A stretch of DNA of 64,000 nt from Azolla caroliniana. Taxonomy: Eukaryota > Plantae > Polypodiophyta. Location: the NCBI GenBank assembly GCA_043228905.1, contig JBHGNT010000016.1, positions 14,942,001-15,006,000 of the forward strand. The letters are read 5' to 3'. Each line of letters starts with the position of its first letter. Position 1 is the first letter of the stretch. A model generated the notes under the pieces. That model saw only the letters and a program-made list of their open reading frames with translations. It made no database searches and was not told where the DNA came from. Both the position numbers and the translations under genes were made by a program. This document shows positions 39,709 to 51,282 of this stretch, one piece after another.

Positions 39709-42700
39709 CTATCCCCCCTTTAAAACGACGAGTTTTACGAGTCGTTTTGGATTGAGGACCCGGTTTCTCGGGATATCGTCGATGGAAGTCTTCTAGAAGA
39801 GCACGAGCATTGGTCACATTCTCGATCGGTTCCCAAGTACGCTCACTGGGACTATATCCTAGCCAATCGACTAGATAGTAGAGCTTGTTGCGAACAATCT
39901 TGGAATCGAGGATGGCAGCGACCTCATACTCAGGTCCATCTTCGAGCTCGATAGGAGGTGGAGGTTGTATAGTACGTCCTGGGATAGTGCTCTCGTGATA
40001 GGGTTCGAGGAGAGAACTATGAAACACCGGGTGTATCCGAAGTTGCGGAGGTAGCTCGAGACGAAAAGCGACATCATTAATCTTCCCGATAATACGGAAA
40101 GGACCTAATCGTCGATAATCCAACTTCTCACATGGGCGAGTAGTCTTGATGTGTCGTCGTAGCAGCCACACCCGATCTCCAATGTTAAAACTGGATGGAA
40201 GTCGATGACGATCTGCGTAGTCCTTGTGTGATTGTTGAGCTTGCTGGAGTTGAGTAGATAAATCCGCTTGTATCTTGCGTAACCGCTCCAAACGATCCTC
40301 CGCGTAAGGATTTGTGGACACTTCTGGGGTTTCAAGGACACACCACCGGGGATGATATCCCGTATAAGCGTAGAATGGCGTGACTTTAGTCGATGCGTGG
40401 ATAGCGTTATTATAGGCAAATTCGGCGAACGGAAGAATATCTGCCCAGTCATTCTGATGATAGTTGAGAAAGCACCGCAGATACTGCTCCAGTGTTTGAT
40501 TTGTTCGTTCGGCTTGACCGTCGGTTTGTGGGTGGTAGCCGGAGGAGAGGTTACAAGTGACCTTCAGCATTTTAAAAAGGTGCTTCCAGAATTTTGACAC
40601 AAACTGGGGTCCACGATCGCTGATGATATTATCAGGGAGTCCATGATGCCGACATACTTCCCGCATGACAATTTCGGCGGTGTCTTCACTAGATATTTCT
40701 TTAGTACATGGTAAGAAATGAGCCATCTTCGTATATCGATCCACCACTGTGAGAATCGCACTGAATCCCTTAGAGACTGGAAGATCTGTAATGAAGTCAA
40801 GAGCAATGGATTGCCATGGCTTGCTTGGAATTGGTAATGGTTCTAATAAACCATATGGATGATGTCTTGGCATTTTCGCTCTGCAGCATGTATCGCAAGT
40901 CCGAACAAAATCTTCGACAAATTGTCGCATACGGGGCCACCAGAATGATCGTTGTACTAAATCTAATGTTTTAGTACTACCAAAATGTCCTGCTGTATAT
41001 GTGTCATGGCAGTTTTGTACTACTCGAAGGCGGCAAGAACCATTAGGAACATACAAAAGTTCTTTAAAGAAGAGTAATCCATCACAGTATTTGAATTGCC
41101 GATAATCCGTACCTGGTGATTGTGATTGTGAACATGACGCTCGAGAGGGGTCAATTTGTGCTAGTATAGCTTGGGCGAAAGCGTCAGTCTTCAAGTCCTC
41201 ACGTATAGTATTGGTAATGTCGGAATCCACGGGCATGTCAAAGATCTGTGCTGCTTGCAGTCGTGCTGGACCCAAGATTACTTGCTTCTGGTTATCGAAA
41301 GCTGGCTCACCGGGACGTGGTGTTAGATACGAACGCCGTGATAATGCATCTGCCTTCCCTTGGTGCTTCCCCGGACGATATGTAATTTTGAAGTCGAAGC
41401 GTGTGAGGAAATGGGCCCACCGAGCTTGACGTCGATTCAGTACACGAGCATCTTGAAAGTAGGCAAGGTTCTTGTGGTCACTGAATACAGTGACCTGATG
41501 AGGAGATCCCTCCAGGAAATGCCTCCATTGCATAAAAGAATCAACTATTGCTAATAGCTCTTTATCATGAATTTCGTAGTTGATTTCGGCGGCGTCAAAC
41601 TTACGGGAGTGGAAAGCCACAGGATGTAGCTTCTCGTCGTTACCCTGTTGTGACAGAATGCTCCCCAATGCGAAATCCGATGCATCAGCTTCGATAATGA
41701 ATGGTTTTTCCGGATCCACATGACCTAAAATTGGAGCTGATGTAAACGCCTTCTTAAGACTCTCGAAAGCCATGTCCGTCTCTTTAGACCAAATGAATGA
41801 TTGTCCCTTCCTGGTGAGCTGTGTGAGAGGCAGCACAATTTTTGAGTAATTTTGTATGAACTTCCGGTAGAAATTTGCAAAGCCTAGGAAGCATTGCACA
41901 TCCCGCACCGAACGCGGAGTGTGCCATTCTATCACCGTTTTGACCTTGGCTGGGTCCATAGATATGCCTTCTGAGGAGATGACATAGCCGAGAAACTCCA
42001 CTTGGTTGCACCCGAAACTACATTTCTCTAACTTTGCATACAGACCATGTTCTCGAAGTCGTTTTAGTACTAATAGTACATGAGAATCATGTTCTTCTTG
42101 GGTCTTTGAATAAACCAGTAGATCATCCAAATAGATGATCAAAAAATCATCCAAGAGGTCTCGAAATATATCATTCGCCATGTGCTGGAAGACTGCCGGC
42201 GCATTAGTGAGTCCGAACGGCATGACCGTATACTCGAAGTGCCCATATCTGGTGCGAAACGCGGTCTTCCATTCATCTCCTGGTCGGATCCGTACGAGGT
42301 TATAGGCTCCTCGTAAGTTGATCTTCGTGAAGAACCTGGCACCGTTGATCCGTTCTAAAAGACTTGAGATAAGGGGAAGAGCATACCTATTTCTTACTGT
42401 GACCTTATTCAAGCCACGGTAATCTACAACGAGTCGAAGCGAGCCATCTTTTTTCTTGACGAAGAAAATGGGTGCGCCGGCTGGAGATTTCGAATGCCGA
42501 ATGAAACCGTTCTCCAAATTCTCCTCTATATAGGCTCGAAGGACTTCTAGCTCGGTTGGTGACAAATTGTAGATCGGCCCCCATGGCGGCTCTTTTCCCG
42601 GTTGTAAGTCGATGGCGCAGTCGTACGGCCGATGATGAGGAAGTGTGTTGGCTTGTACTTTATCGAACACATCAGCATACTGACGATACTTCTCGGGAAG

Positions 42701-42797
42701 TTGAACGGTGGACTCCTCTTTGGTGGTGCTGGAGGGTTGTACTGATATTGCAAAGAGAAACATTTCCTCCTTGCGCCCTTCCTCACGCAACTGACGT
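39701..42797 (-). CDS. Outer element pol: RT-RNaseH-integrase-chromodomain
   Basis: YLDD, EADASDF, HHCC zinc finger, IALDF..ISDRG..GQAER, GPF, and chromodomain YEVAAILDS..YLVDWLGY...TWEP. Confidence 0.95.
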
Positions 42798-43474
42798 TGT
42801 CGGGGTTGCTACGCCCTTGCGTGCAGAAAGGAGGAGGGACCACGGGGGTCTTGGACCGAAGAGCAAGAGAGAGAGAGAGAGGAGAAGGAGAGACCCGATT
42901 ACACAGAACCGAAGATTGCACAGGGACACGGCCCAACAAACAGAGATCACAAATAAACGCCGACACAGATGGACGCAACCACTGAAGATATGTACTTATG
43001 AATGCAAGAAAATAACAGCTAAAGTGTTACAACCCACGGTGGGGCACGAAATAGATACTAACGAAAACGAACAGGGCGGCGAACAGATGCCGACCCCTGT
43101 ATGTCGCGACGCACGGAAAGGGGAAAACAGGTCGGAGGTGCTGCAGGGCGCACTCGGGGCGTTCCACGGAACAGCGCAAGCCTCCTCGAAACCTGCACAG
43201 GTACGCGATGGAGCAGAAGACAGAGAGAGTAGGAGTGAGAGAGGAGCTTCGAAATCGGTTCCGCAGCACTTCGTCCTCTCCGCGCGAGATATCTTTTCCT
43301 ATTCTTCCTCTTCCTTTTTTATATCCCGTCAAGAGGCCGTTTGGCATTAACTGCATACCAACCGAATCTACCCACCTAGGATCCTCGTATGTACTTCTTG
43401 GCGCGCGTGTGTGTAGAGCCGTTTCCCACGCCTTGTTCCTCCGATTCCTCTTGTGGGCGGTTTTCTTCACGACA
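42798..43474 (-). repeat. 3' LTR of the inner element (677 bp)
   Basis: Matches 49205-49530 apart from 351 extra bp. Confidence 0.95.
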
Positions 43475-43546
43475 TCCGCCCCCACCTAACCGCGCATCCA
43501 CCGGTATGCGCCAAATTAAGTTGGCACGGAGAAAACCGGCCCGTCT

Positions 43547-46500
43547 TTACTCTTCGCCTGCCGGCCCTTCCTCGGCCTCGGATCGGTCGTCGCTGCTGTC
43601 CAGGAGAATCGGGTCGGGTTCGTTGTCGTGCCGCTTCTTGAAAGCTTTGATCCTCTTCCCGGCCACGGGTATCGCTATTCTCGTACCGTCGAGTTCCGCC
43701 AGATGATACGTCCCGTTGTCGTTGGCGCTCTGTACCGTGTACGGCCCGAACCATCTCTGTGCGAACTTCCGCGTTGCTCGGTGCTGGTTGTCGAGGCTGC
43801 TGTCGTAGACGAGCACCCAGTCACCTTCGTCGATTTTCTTCGGTCGTAGCCGGTGCGTTCGGTCGAACCGGGCTTTGTTCTTTGTCCTCGCCACCCGGAG
43901 CTTCTCCGTAGCCAGTGCCACGTCCTCCGGTCTCCGCTCGAGCTGTCGTATACGCGCGGCCAACAACTCCTCCCGGCTCATCTCGTCCCTCCAGTCGACC
44001 GTTGCCCACGAGGAGATCGTCCGTTCAATCGGCATGATCGGCTTCTGGCCGAACATGAGCTCTGTCGGCATGTACCCGGTTACCGAACTGTGCGTGGTCC
44101 GGTCTGCCCACAAGGCATAAGGTAGGAGCCGCGGCCAGTCACCGATTCGGCCTCCGCATGCCCGAACCAACGCCTTGACGATCGGTCCGTGTCCGCGCTC
44201 CACCTTTCCATTCGCCTCCGGATTGTACGCAGCGGTGAGCGAGAGCTTGACCCCCAGCCGGTCGAACAGCTCCGCGGCTTCTTCGGCGTCCAACTCCCCT
44301 CGGTCAGCCACGATCTTCCCGACGCACCCGTACCGGCATATCACGTCCTCGATCAGGAACCGACACACGGCCGCGGTCGTCTTGTTCTGAAGGGCTCGGC
44401 CTTCCACCTGGTTCGTCAGGTCTTCCCGTGCTAGGACCAGATACCGCATCTGTCCTACCCCCATCGGCATCGTCACCAGATCTACCATCCATTTGAAGTG
44501 GATCGTCGGAGGGTACGTCGGGTGAAGCCCGTCCCGGTGTCGGACTATCGAGTGCATCTGACAACTCTCGCAAGTTGACACGAACCGATGCACGTCCCGG
44601 TACAATCCCGGCCACCAGTACTTCCCCTTCAGCTTCTCAAATGTCGCCCACGTTCCACGGTGTCCAGCCCAAGGGCTGTCGTGGTAGGCCGCCAGTAGCT
44701 CCTCCTGTTCTTCCTTCATCGCCACCACCCGGAGCGGGACGCCGTTCCTCTTCTTCGGGTGCTTCCACAAATGCCCATCTCGGAGAAAGAATCGATATGC
44801 TTTCTTCCGGATCCGGTTGGCCTCATCCTTCGTCCATGACGCATCGGGCGTCATTGCCTTCAAAAACCCGCCGATCTGCAGCCACTCCCCGTCGTACTTG
44901 CTCGCGTCGAACTCGTTAAGCGCCGGAGTGCTCATCCCGTCGGTCGTTATGTGTGCCGTCTCGAAGAAATCCACGCCGACTTCTTCGTCTTCCGAAACCA
45001 TGCCGCCCTCGTCGTCGAACCTCGCCCTCGAAAGCATGTCGGCCATGGCGTTGTCTTTCCCGGAAATGTGTCGTATTTCCGGGTCCAGGGACTTGATGTA
45101 CGCTATCCACCTGAGCATCGCCAGGTCCGGAGTCGCGCATCCGGAAACCATACCGAGAATCGGCAGGCAATCCGTCTCGATGATCACTTCTGTCCCTATC
45201 AGGTAGTCTTTGTCGGCCTTAACCGCCGAAACAATACCCCAGAGTTCGCGTTTAACCTGGGCGTATCCTCGCTGCCGTTCACTAAGGACTTTCGCGCCGA
45301 ATCGGATCGGAAACCGATTGCCGTCCTCGTCTTCCTGGTTCACGACCCATCCGATCCCGGTCGGACTGGTATCCACCGTTATGAATACCGGGGTACCCTT
45401 CCCGTATACCGCCTTCCGGAGTGCCGGTGCCGCTGCAAGGGCCTCTTTCAGCCTCCGGACCGTTTCCGCATGCTCGTCTAGCCATTCGAACCTTCGCCCC
45501 TTTTTCAGCAACCCGTACAGTGGCTCCGCGACGTGTGCGTAATGCGGGATCCATATGTGGTAGAACGCGCATGCCCCCAGGAATCTCCGTAATTCCGTGA
45601 CCGAGCTGCAGTCGGGCTTCATCGCGGAGATGGCTTCTACCTTTGCCGGAGACGGTTTCCGGCCATATGGTCCGCACAGGTGTCCGACCACCATGATTTC
45701 TGACTGCCCGAAGGCCGACTTCTCCCCGGAGAAGGTGAGTCTCGCATCCTCTAGCCTTTGCAGCACCTTCTCGCAGTCGTCGATGTGCGTCGCCACGAAT
45801 CGCCGGCATCCGTCCGGCCCGATCGTCTCGTCCCTTTCTTCCACCGGGCATCCTTTGATCGGAATGTCGTCCAGAAACGGCATGGTGATGTCCGGGATAC
45901 AGTCCCTCAGAACCTTGTTCATCGCATTCACCATGTGGGCCACCGAGTTGGTCCCTCCTTGCGGCAGTGTACACATCCGAACTAGGCCGAGGGGAGTTCG
46001 CATCGTCGTAATGTCTCTGCTCTCCACGGCTAGCTGGAACTGGTCGTACCCTGAGTATAGATCCCCGACCGAGTAAATTGACCTTCTGGCGAAGGCCTCC
46101 GCGAACTCGTCTATGGTCGGTCCGATCCCTGCGTTCCGAATCGTCACTCGATTGACCGGCTGCAGATCCTGGATGAAGCGCAACGAACCGTTTTTCTTCG
46201 GTACGGTAAACCATCGATTCGAATATGGGGCGCTCGACGGCTCGAGAATTCCCATATCAACTTTCTGCCTCAGCAGCTCCATCAACTTCGGGATGTGAGC
46301 TCTCGGAACCGGGATTGGCTTGAGATTCCATGGTACATGCGGTACCGTGAATATCACCATCGGCTCCACGATCGTCGGGTCAACGCACCCGATTTCCTCC
46401 GGCGAGAATGCGAAGGCTTTCCCGTGCCTTCCGAGCATTCTCCGAAACCGGTCTTCCTCCGCCGGCAGTAGGAACCCGCCCCCACCGATTTTGAGCTCTC

Positions 46501-47040
46501 GGAGCGTCTCGTCGGTAAAGGTGTGTCCTATGCAGGCCGGATCTCGTAGACTAGGGTCCGATGCAACCCCTTTGATTCTCGACGTGCTGTCCTCCGGTAA
46601 GGGTGCCGCGACTGGCCTTACCTTCCGGTCCACAGTCTTGTACTTGGTGCTCACGTGGGCCGTCCGAACTGACTCGAGCCCTCGACCGAAGTCCGCGATG
46701 ACTTCATACATCTCCTCGGAACACACCGGTATCGTCCGGTCTTCGTTAAGGCCTTCTTCGACTACCTTTCCCAGCATTCCCAAGGTGTCGTCGAATGAGA
46801 CCGCCTCCACGGCTCCGTCGATTTCCTCGTCAGGGCCGAGAACTCCGCACGCTCGAAGTCTCCCCTCCGCCTTTCTCTTCTCTCGGCCGCCGATGCCGAC
46901 TGTCGTGCACGCTCCGCTGTCGGAGAACAAAAATTCCCTACCTATGGTACAAGGTTTCTTCGGTTTTATCGTACAGGTGTGGGGTTTTCCCGGGGTGTCC
47001 GGACTGTCGCGGCCCCACGCCTTGGCAGTCCTCTCTAAAA
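43547..47040 (-). CDS. Inner element pol (RT-RNaseH-integrase), in the -1 frame relative to gag-PR
   Basis: DLYSGYDQ, LPQGGTNS, FLDD, VDTSPTG, H..H..C..C, WMVDL..VADRG..GKVER and WFGPY; the frame is open back to the gag stop. Confidence 0.93.
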
Positions 47041-49161
47041 ATCCTCTCGGTTTTCGGAACCGAGGGAATCACGGTTACGTTCGTGGTTCGGCCTTACCGT
47101 CAGAAACTGGACCGAATGGCGCCCGTCTTGGCTTTTGACCCTCGCGTAGGCCGAACCATTGTCCAGCACTTTGGTCTCCATCCGCGCCGCCGTAATGTAC
47201 GGTTCTCCCAGAATGACCGGGTGCGAAGACGTCTCCTGCACGAAGAAGTGTTGGTCAATCTCGACGTCGCCAATCTTGACCCGCACATTCGGACAGGCCC
47301 CGTGCAGTTCCTCGGTGGCGCGCGTTGCTGCCCTTATTTTCCACCCGTGCTTGGTGTTGATCGGCCATTTGCCCTTCTTATAGAAGTCCATGGACATCAA
47401 ATTGATCTCCGATCCGTGGTCCACCAAAGCTATCACCGGTTCCTGGACATCGCCGATCTTCACCGGGGTTTCCGTGGTCGCTCGGGCCCAGTGTGGTCTC
47501 GAATAGTGGCTTTCCGCCCACTCGTCTCCCAGCGCCATGTCGTCTAGGTGCGTCGTCCGCACTTCCACCGGTCTTTCCGGTTCTGTCTCCGTCGACAGCC
47601 TCTTCCGTTTCACCAAGTCCACGATGGAGTCGTGGAACTCCTTCTTGGCGATTCCCAGCACCTCCCGTAACGACAGCTCCACCTTGCTGTCGAGGATCCG
47701 TTCCTCCAGGACCTTTCGTAAGTCCGTGGTTCTTTCTATCTCCGTCCCCAGACGGTACCCGCCCTTCTGGGGTTTATCTCGCGTACCGGCCCCGCCGGCT
47801 TCGTCCCGTCGCGGCCCGGACCGGGTCTCGTATCGTTGTGAGGGCCCGGTCGTCCCGGGTTTCCCCACCCGCTTCTCTTCTACCAGAGCCTCGTAGTTCC
47901 GGCAAGCGGCTTCCACGAAGCCCGTCTTCTCCTCGACCGGGTCGCTCCACCCGGTCATCTCCCGTACCCGTTTCTCCGCACGGTCCGATTCCTCCCTTTT
48001 AAGCCCTGCACCGGCAAGGCCTCCCAGCATCGTCGGCCAGAATCCGGCTTCGCTTTCCCTTCGGGCCTCGCCGCCCCCGACTCGAATGCCGGCTGACGCC
48101 GAGTAGTGGACGGTTTCCGCGTGTCGGGCCGCCGCCTCTTCCATCACCCTTTTCATACCGCCCTTTCCATCGTTTCGGCTCAGGGCCCTTCGGGTGTCGC
48201 TGGCATGCACCCGTCCTTCCCACAGGTACACCACCCTGTTCCTCAGCGCCTCCGCGAAGTCGCCGCAGTCCTTCCGAATGTGGCCGACTTCATCGCACCA
48301 CATGCACCTGTTTCCTGCCGCCGGCCGTCGGTCACGAGCCGGTTCGCCTCCTTCCCTTCGGGCCTGCGCGATTTGGAGGTCCTTTATCGCCTTTGTCAAT
48401 TCCTCCAGCGCCGCTCCTCCGGTTGAGCCTCTGACTACGCCGGTCGGAGCCGAACCGGTATCCAACCACTCTCGGGTCTCTTCCTTTCGCACCTGTGGCG
48501 CTGGATCGAGCTTCCTTGCTGCGACCGAGCCCGACCCGGTTGCACCGTTATCCGCCCATTCTCGCCGTTTGTCGAAACGGCCACAGACCTTCCTGACAGC
48601 CGCCCAGTCCGTAGTGAGCCCGTCTTCGGTTTCCAGCAAGAAGCCCACTTGCTCCCGATCCCGCTCGTCGACCGACTTGACAAACAGCAAGACCCGGCTC
48701 GTGTCCAGGATGGTTCGGTCAAGCGCCGAAAGGCGCGCAAAGTTTTCCTCGAACTCCCGGAGGAGCGCCGACGCGTTTCTTCCCTTCCCCGGGGCCTCCA
48801 CCCATTCCATGAACCTTCGCTTCGAAAGCCGGAGTGCGTCGTCCAGCCCGTATTTCTCTAGGAGCCGACCTTCGAACTCCTCCCAGGTACGGCTCTCCAT
48901 CCGCACCTCGAGCACCTCCGCGTGGATGCTCGGCATCGCCACTCGGGGAAATCCGGCAAGACGCCTTTCTTCCGGAATGTCCCGCATCAGCATCTCTGCA
49001 CCGTAGGACGCCAAATACTTCGTGGCATCCTTCCCATCGAACCGGCCGATCGTGCCGACGACCGCCTCAATAGCTCTGTCGAGGGCACCGGTGCTCTCGC
49101 GCGCGTTTACAATCCGATCCACGGCCGAAGCCATGGCCTCTGCGAGATCCGACCCTCTCAT
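47035..49161 (-). CDS. Inner element gag-protease polyprotein
   Basis: CCHC knuckle CMWCDEVGHIRKDC, aspartic protease ALVDHGSEIN and VILGEPY; first ATG at 49161. Confidence 0.9.
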   Translation of the reverse strand: MRGSDLAEAMASAVDRIVNARESTGALDRAIEAVVGTIGRFDGKDATKYLASYGAEMLMRDIPEERRLAGFPRVAMPSIHAEVLEVRMESRTWEEFEGRLLEKYGLDDALRLSKRRFMEWVEAPGKGRNASALLREFEENFARLSALDRTILDTSRVLLFVKSVDERDREQVGFLLETEDGLTTDWAAVRKVCGRFDKRREWADNGATGSGSVAARKLDPAPQVRKEETREWLDTGSAPTGVVRGSTGGAALEELTKAIKDLQIAQARREGGEPARDRRPAAGNRCMWCDEVGHIRKDCGDFAEALRNRVVYLWEGRVHASDTRRALSRNDGKGGMKRVMEEAAARHAETVHYSASAGIRVGGGEARRESEAGFWPTMLGGLAGAGLKREESDRAEKRVREMTGWSDPVEEKTGFVEAACRNYEALVEEKRVGKPGTTGPSQRYETRSGPRRDEAGGAGTRDKPQKGGYRLGTEIERTTDLRKVLEERILDSKVELSLREVLGIAKKEFHDSIVDLVKRKRLSTETEPERPVEVRTTHLDDMALGDEWAESHYSRPHWARATTETPVKIGDVQEPVIALVDHGSEINLMSMDFYKKGKWPINTKHGWKIRAATRATEELHGACPNVRVKIGDVEIDQHFFVQETSSHPVILGEPYITAARMETKVLDNGSAYARVKSQDGRHSVQFLTVRPNHERNRDSLGSENREDF

Positions 49162-49183
49162 TTCCTGCTCTTCTGCCGCCTCT

Positions 49184-49201
49184 TTCACGTCGGGTTCACC
49201 A
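49184..49201 (-). other. Primer-binding site complementary to tRNA-Trp
   Basis: The plus strand reads TTCACGTCGGGTTCACCA, the 3' end of plant cytosolic tRNA-Trp as I recall it; 3 nt from the LTR. Confidence 0.85.
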
Positions 49202-49204
49202 AGA

Positions 49205-49530
49205 TGTCGGGGTTGCTACGCCCTTGCGTGCAGAAAGGAGGAGGGACCACGGGGGTCTTGGACCGAAGAGCAAGAGAGAGAGAGAGAGGAGAAGGAGAGG
49301 AGCTTCGAAATCGGTTCCGCAGCACTTCGTCCTCTCCGCGCGAGATATCTTTTCCTATTCTTCCTCTTCCTTTTTTATATCCCGTCAAGAGGCCGTTTGG
49401 CATTAACTGCATACCAACCGAATCTACCCACCTAGGATCCTCGTATGTACTTCTTGGCGCGCGTGTGTGTAGAGCCGTTTCCCACGCCTTGTTCCTCCGA
49501 TTCCTCTTGTGGGCGGTTTTCTTCACGACA
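49205..49530 (-). repeat. 5' LTR of the inner element (326 bp, internally deleted)
   Basis: Same ends as the 3' LTR but lacks the 42893-43243 segment. Confidence 0.95.
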
Positions 49531-50030
49531 ACGTAGCGAAATGGTTGCAACCTTCTGGGTAGATCCTTGGGTTTGTCGCAACCGGATTTCCCTTGTCCTC
49601 CAATCTATGTCTGGGTCATGTAACTCGAACCATGGTAATCCTAAAACTATGGGATGTTCTGGAATACTAATAATATTAAATGATACTACACATGTTAAGT
49701 TATCTAGGACAATATTAACGGGTTCCGACTCTTCTATGATATTACCAGAAGCAATGGGACGACCATCAATGACTACTACTGAGGCTGGACATGGGAGCTT
49801 TCTTAGAGATATCTGATGAGCTCGGGCAAAATTCCTATCCATGAAGCAAGAATTAGCTCCGGAATCTAGAAGGGCTAAGGTATGTACTGGAGGGGTACTT
49901 TTAGTACTAACTGCTACTTGGACTACGAACACATCACTAACTTGCTTAGAGGGAATGGAACCACTAATGGGCTGCACAGATCTAGGGCTGTCCAACCAAA
50001 CGGCTCCTATTTTGGCTGGACTTAGTCGTT
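49531..50030 (-). CDS. Outer element protease (pol N-terminus), split from RT by the inner element
   Basis: ALLDSGANSCF and IVLGLPWF; rejoins 42793 in frame (TISLR|QLREE) after removing the inner element and one ACGT. Confidence 0.92.
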
Positions 50031-51191
50031 TAACTCTTCTTCTAATTGGCTAAGGACATCAAATTTGTTTGTGAGATTCGGACTATTAGTACTATTAGGA
50101 CTATTATGACTATGAGGATTATCAGAGATTCCTACTGACATAGACTCGGGTTTAGTATAGTCAGAACTAACAATGACTTGGTTTACCTGCCTTCTTGGTC
50201 TATGGGGACAGTTTATCGCGATATGCCCTGGTCCACCGCAATAAAGGCATAATCGGTTTGTTCGGCGTCGTTGTTTTTCCTCCTCCGATAGCGGCCCACG
50301 ACGACGTGTAGTGTCAATTTCCATTGGAGTTGGAGTACTTACTGGAGGCGCATTATGTGACTCCCTTTGAAAAGGTTTCGCTACCATTGAGGCATAGGTA
50401 GGCTCGGATCTTGCCCTCGGCATCTGAAATTGTCGTTCCGAACGTCGCTCGAAGAGGCGGTTGTCACATCTGACCGCTCGACTGATTGCTTCTGTTAATG
50501 ATTTTGGCTCTTCAGGGAAAGTCAAGAGTAAATCCTTGACATCGTTGCGTAGACCATAGCGGAACTGCTCCATCAATGCTTGATCATCCCAGGGGATATC
50601 GGCGGCGAGTAGACGGAAATCTGCAGCATATGCGGAGGCTGGACGGTCACCTTGGCGTAATCGCCGGATTTTGTTGATTGCAGTCCTTATGCTGTCAGTA
50701 TCTCCAAAACATGCTTTAAACTCACTTATGAATTCTTCAAAATTATTTAGTACTGGAGATTCCTTTTCTAGTAGCGGTGCGAACCATGCTAATGCAGAGC
50801 CAGTTAACAACGTGCCTACTAAACCCACTCGTGATGCATCGGTGGGATATCGGGACGGATGCATTTGAATAACTAACCGTACCTGGTTAAGAAACCCTCT
50901 AAACTGCGATCGCGTTCCATCGAACTTCGTGGGAAGGCCAATCTTGGGTTCTTTATGAATCCCTTGTGCTCCGTGCCCTTGTTGTTGCATTGCTACGATG
51001 GTTGCTTCGAGTTGTTGCACGCGTAACGCAAGTTCCCCATGCTGTTGTTGCGTTTGCTGCTTTTCTAAGGAAATTTGCTGAAGATCCCCCAACAAGCGTT
51101 GATTTTCTTGTTCCAAAGCATGAAACTTCTCTTTCAAGCATTGAAATTCCGAGAAAACGGATTGATACTCTTCAGCGCTAACGGTGGCCAT
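50022..51191 (-). CDS. Outer element gag
   Basis: PTKFDGTRSQFRGFL, LRQG....YAADF, F..GL, PTPMEID and zinc knuckle CLYCGGPGHIAINC. Confidence 0.95.
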   Translation of the reverse strand: MATVSAEEYQSVFSEFQCLKEKFHALEQENQRLLGDLQQISLEKQQTQQQHGELALRVQQLEATIVAMQQQGHGAQGIHKEPKIGLPTKFDGTRSQFRGFLNQVRLVIQMHPSRYPTDASRVGLVGTLLTGSALAWFAPLLEKESPVLNNFEEFISEFKACFGDTDSIRTAINKIRRLRQGDRPASAYAADFRLLAADIPWDDQALMEQFRYGLRNDVKDLLLTFPEEPKSLTEAISRAVRCDNRLFERRSERQFQMPRARSEPTYASMVAKPFQRESHNAPPVSTPTPMEIDTTRRRGPLSEEEKQRRRTNRLCLYCGGPGHIAINCPHRPRRQVNQVIVSSDYTKPESMSVGISDNPHSHNSPNSTNSPNLTNKFDVLSQLEEELND

Positions 51192-51282
51192 GGGATGAAG
51201 GAAAAGGGAAATAAGATACTAGTAGGAAAGGAGAGAGACAGAAGGAAGAGGGAGACTAGTAGGAGACGAAATCGGTTCAAAC

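Larger units (their letters stand above)
42798..49530 (-). mobile_element. GC-rich non-chromovirus Ty3/gypsy LTR retrotransposon (inner element, intact ORFs)
   Basis: TGTCG...CGACA LTRs at 42798-43474 and 49205-49530; 4-bp TSD ACGT; PPT AGGTGGGGGCGGA; tRNA-Trp PBS; gag-PR and RT-RH-IN ORFs. Confidence 0.95.

Noticed and set aside
42798-49530. Bacterial contamination or prophage suggested by the GC jump
   Set aside because: Bounded by LTRs with PBS, PPT and a TSD, and its removal restores the host ORF
43389-49536. Many long overlapping ORFs on both strands of the inner element
   Set aside because: Expected shadow ORFs in GC-rich coding DNA; no recognisable motifs
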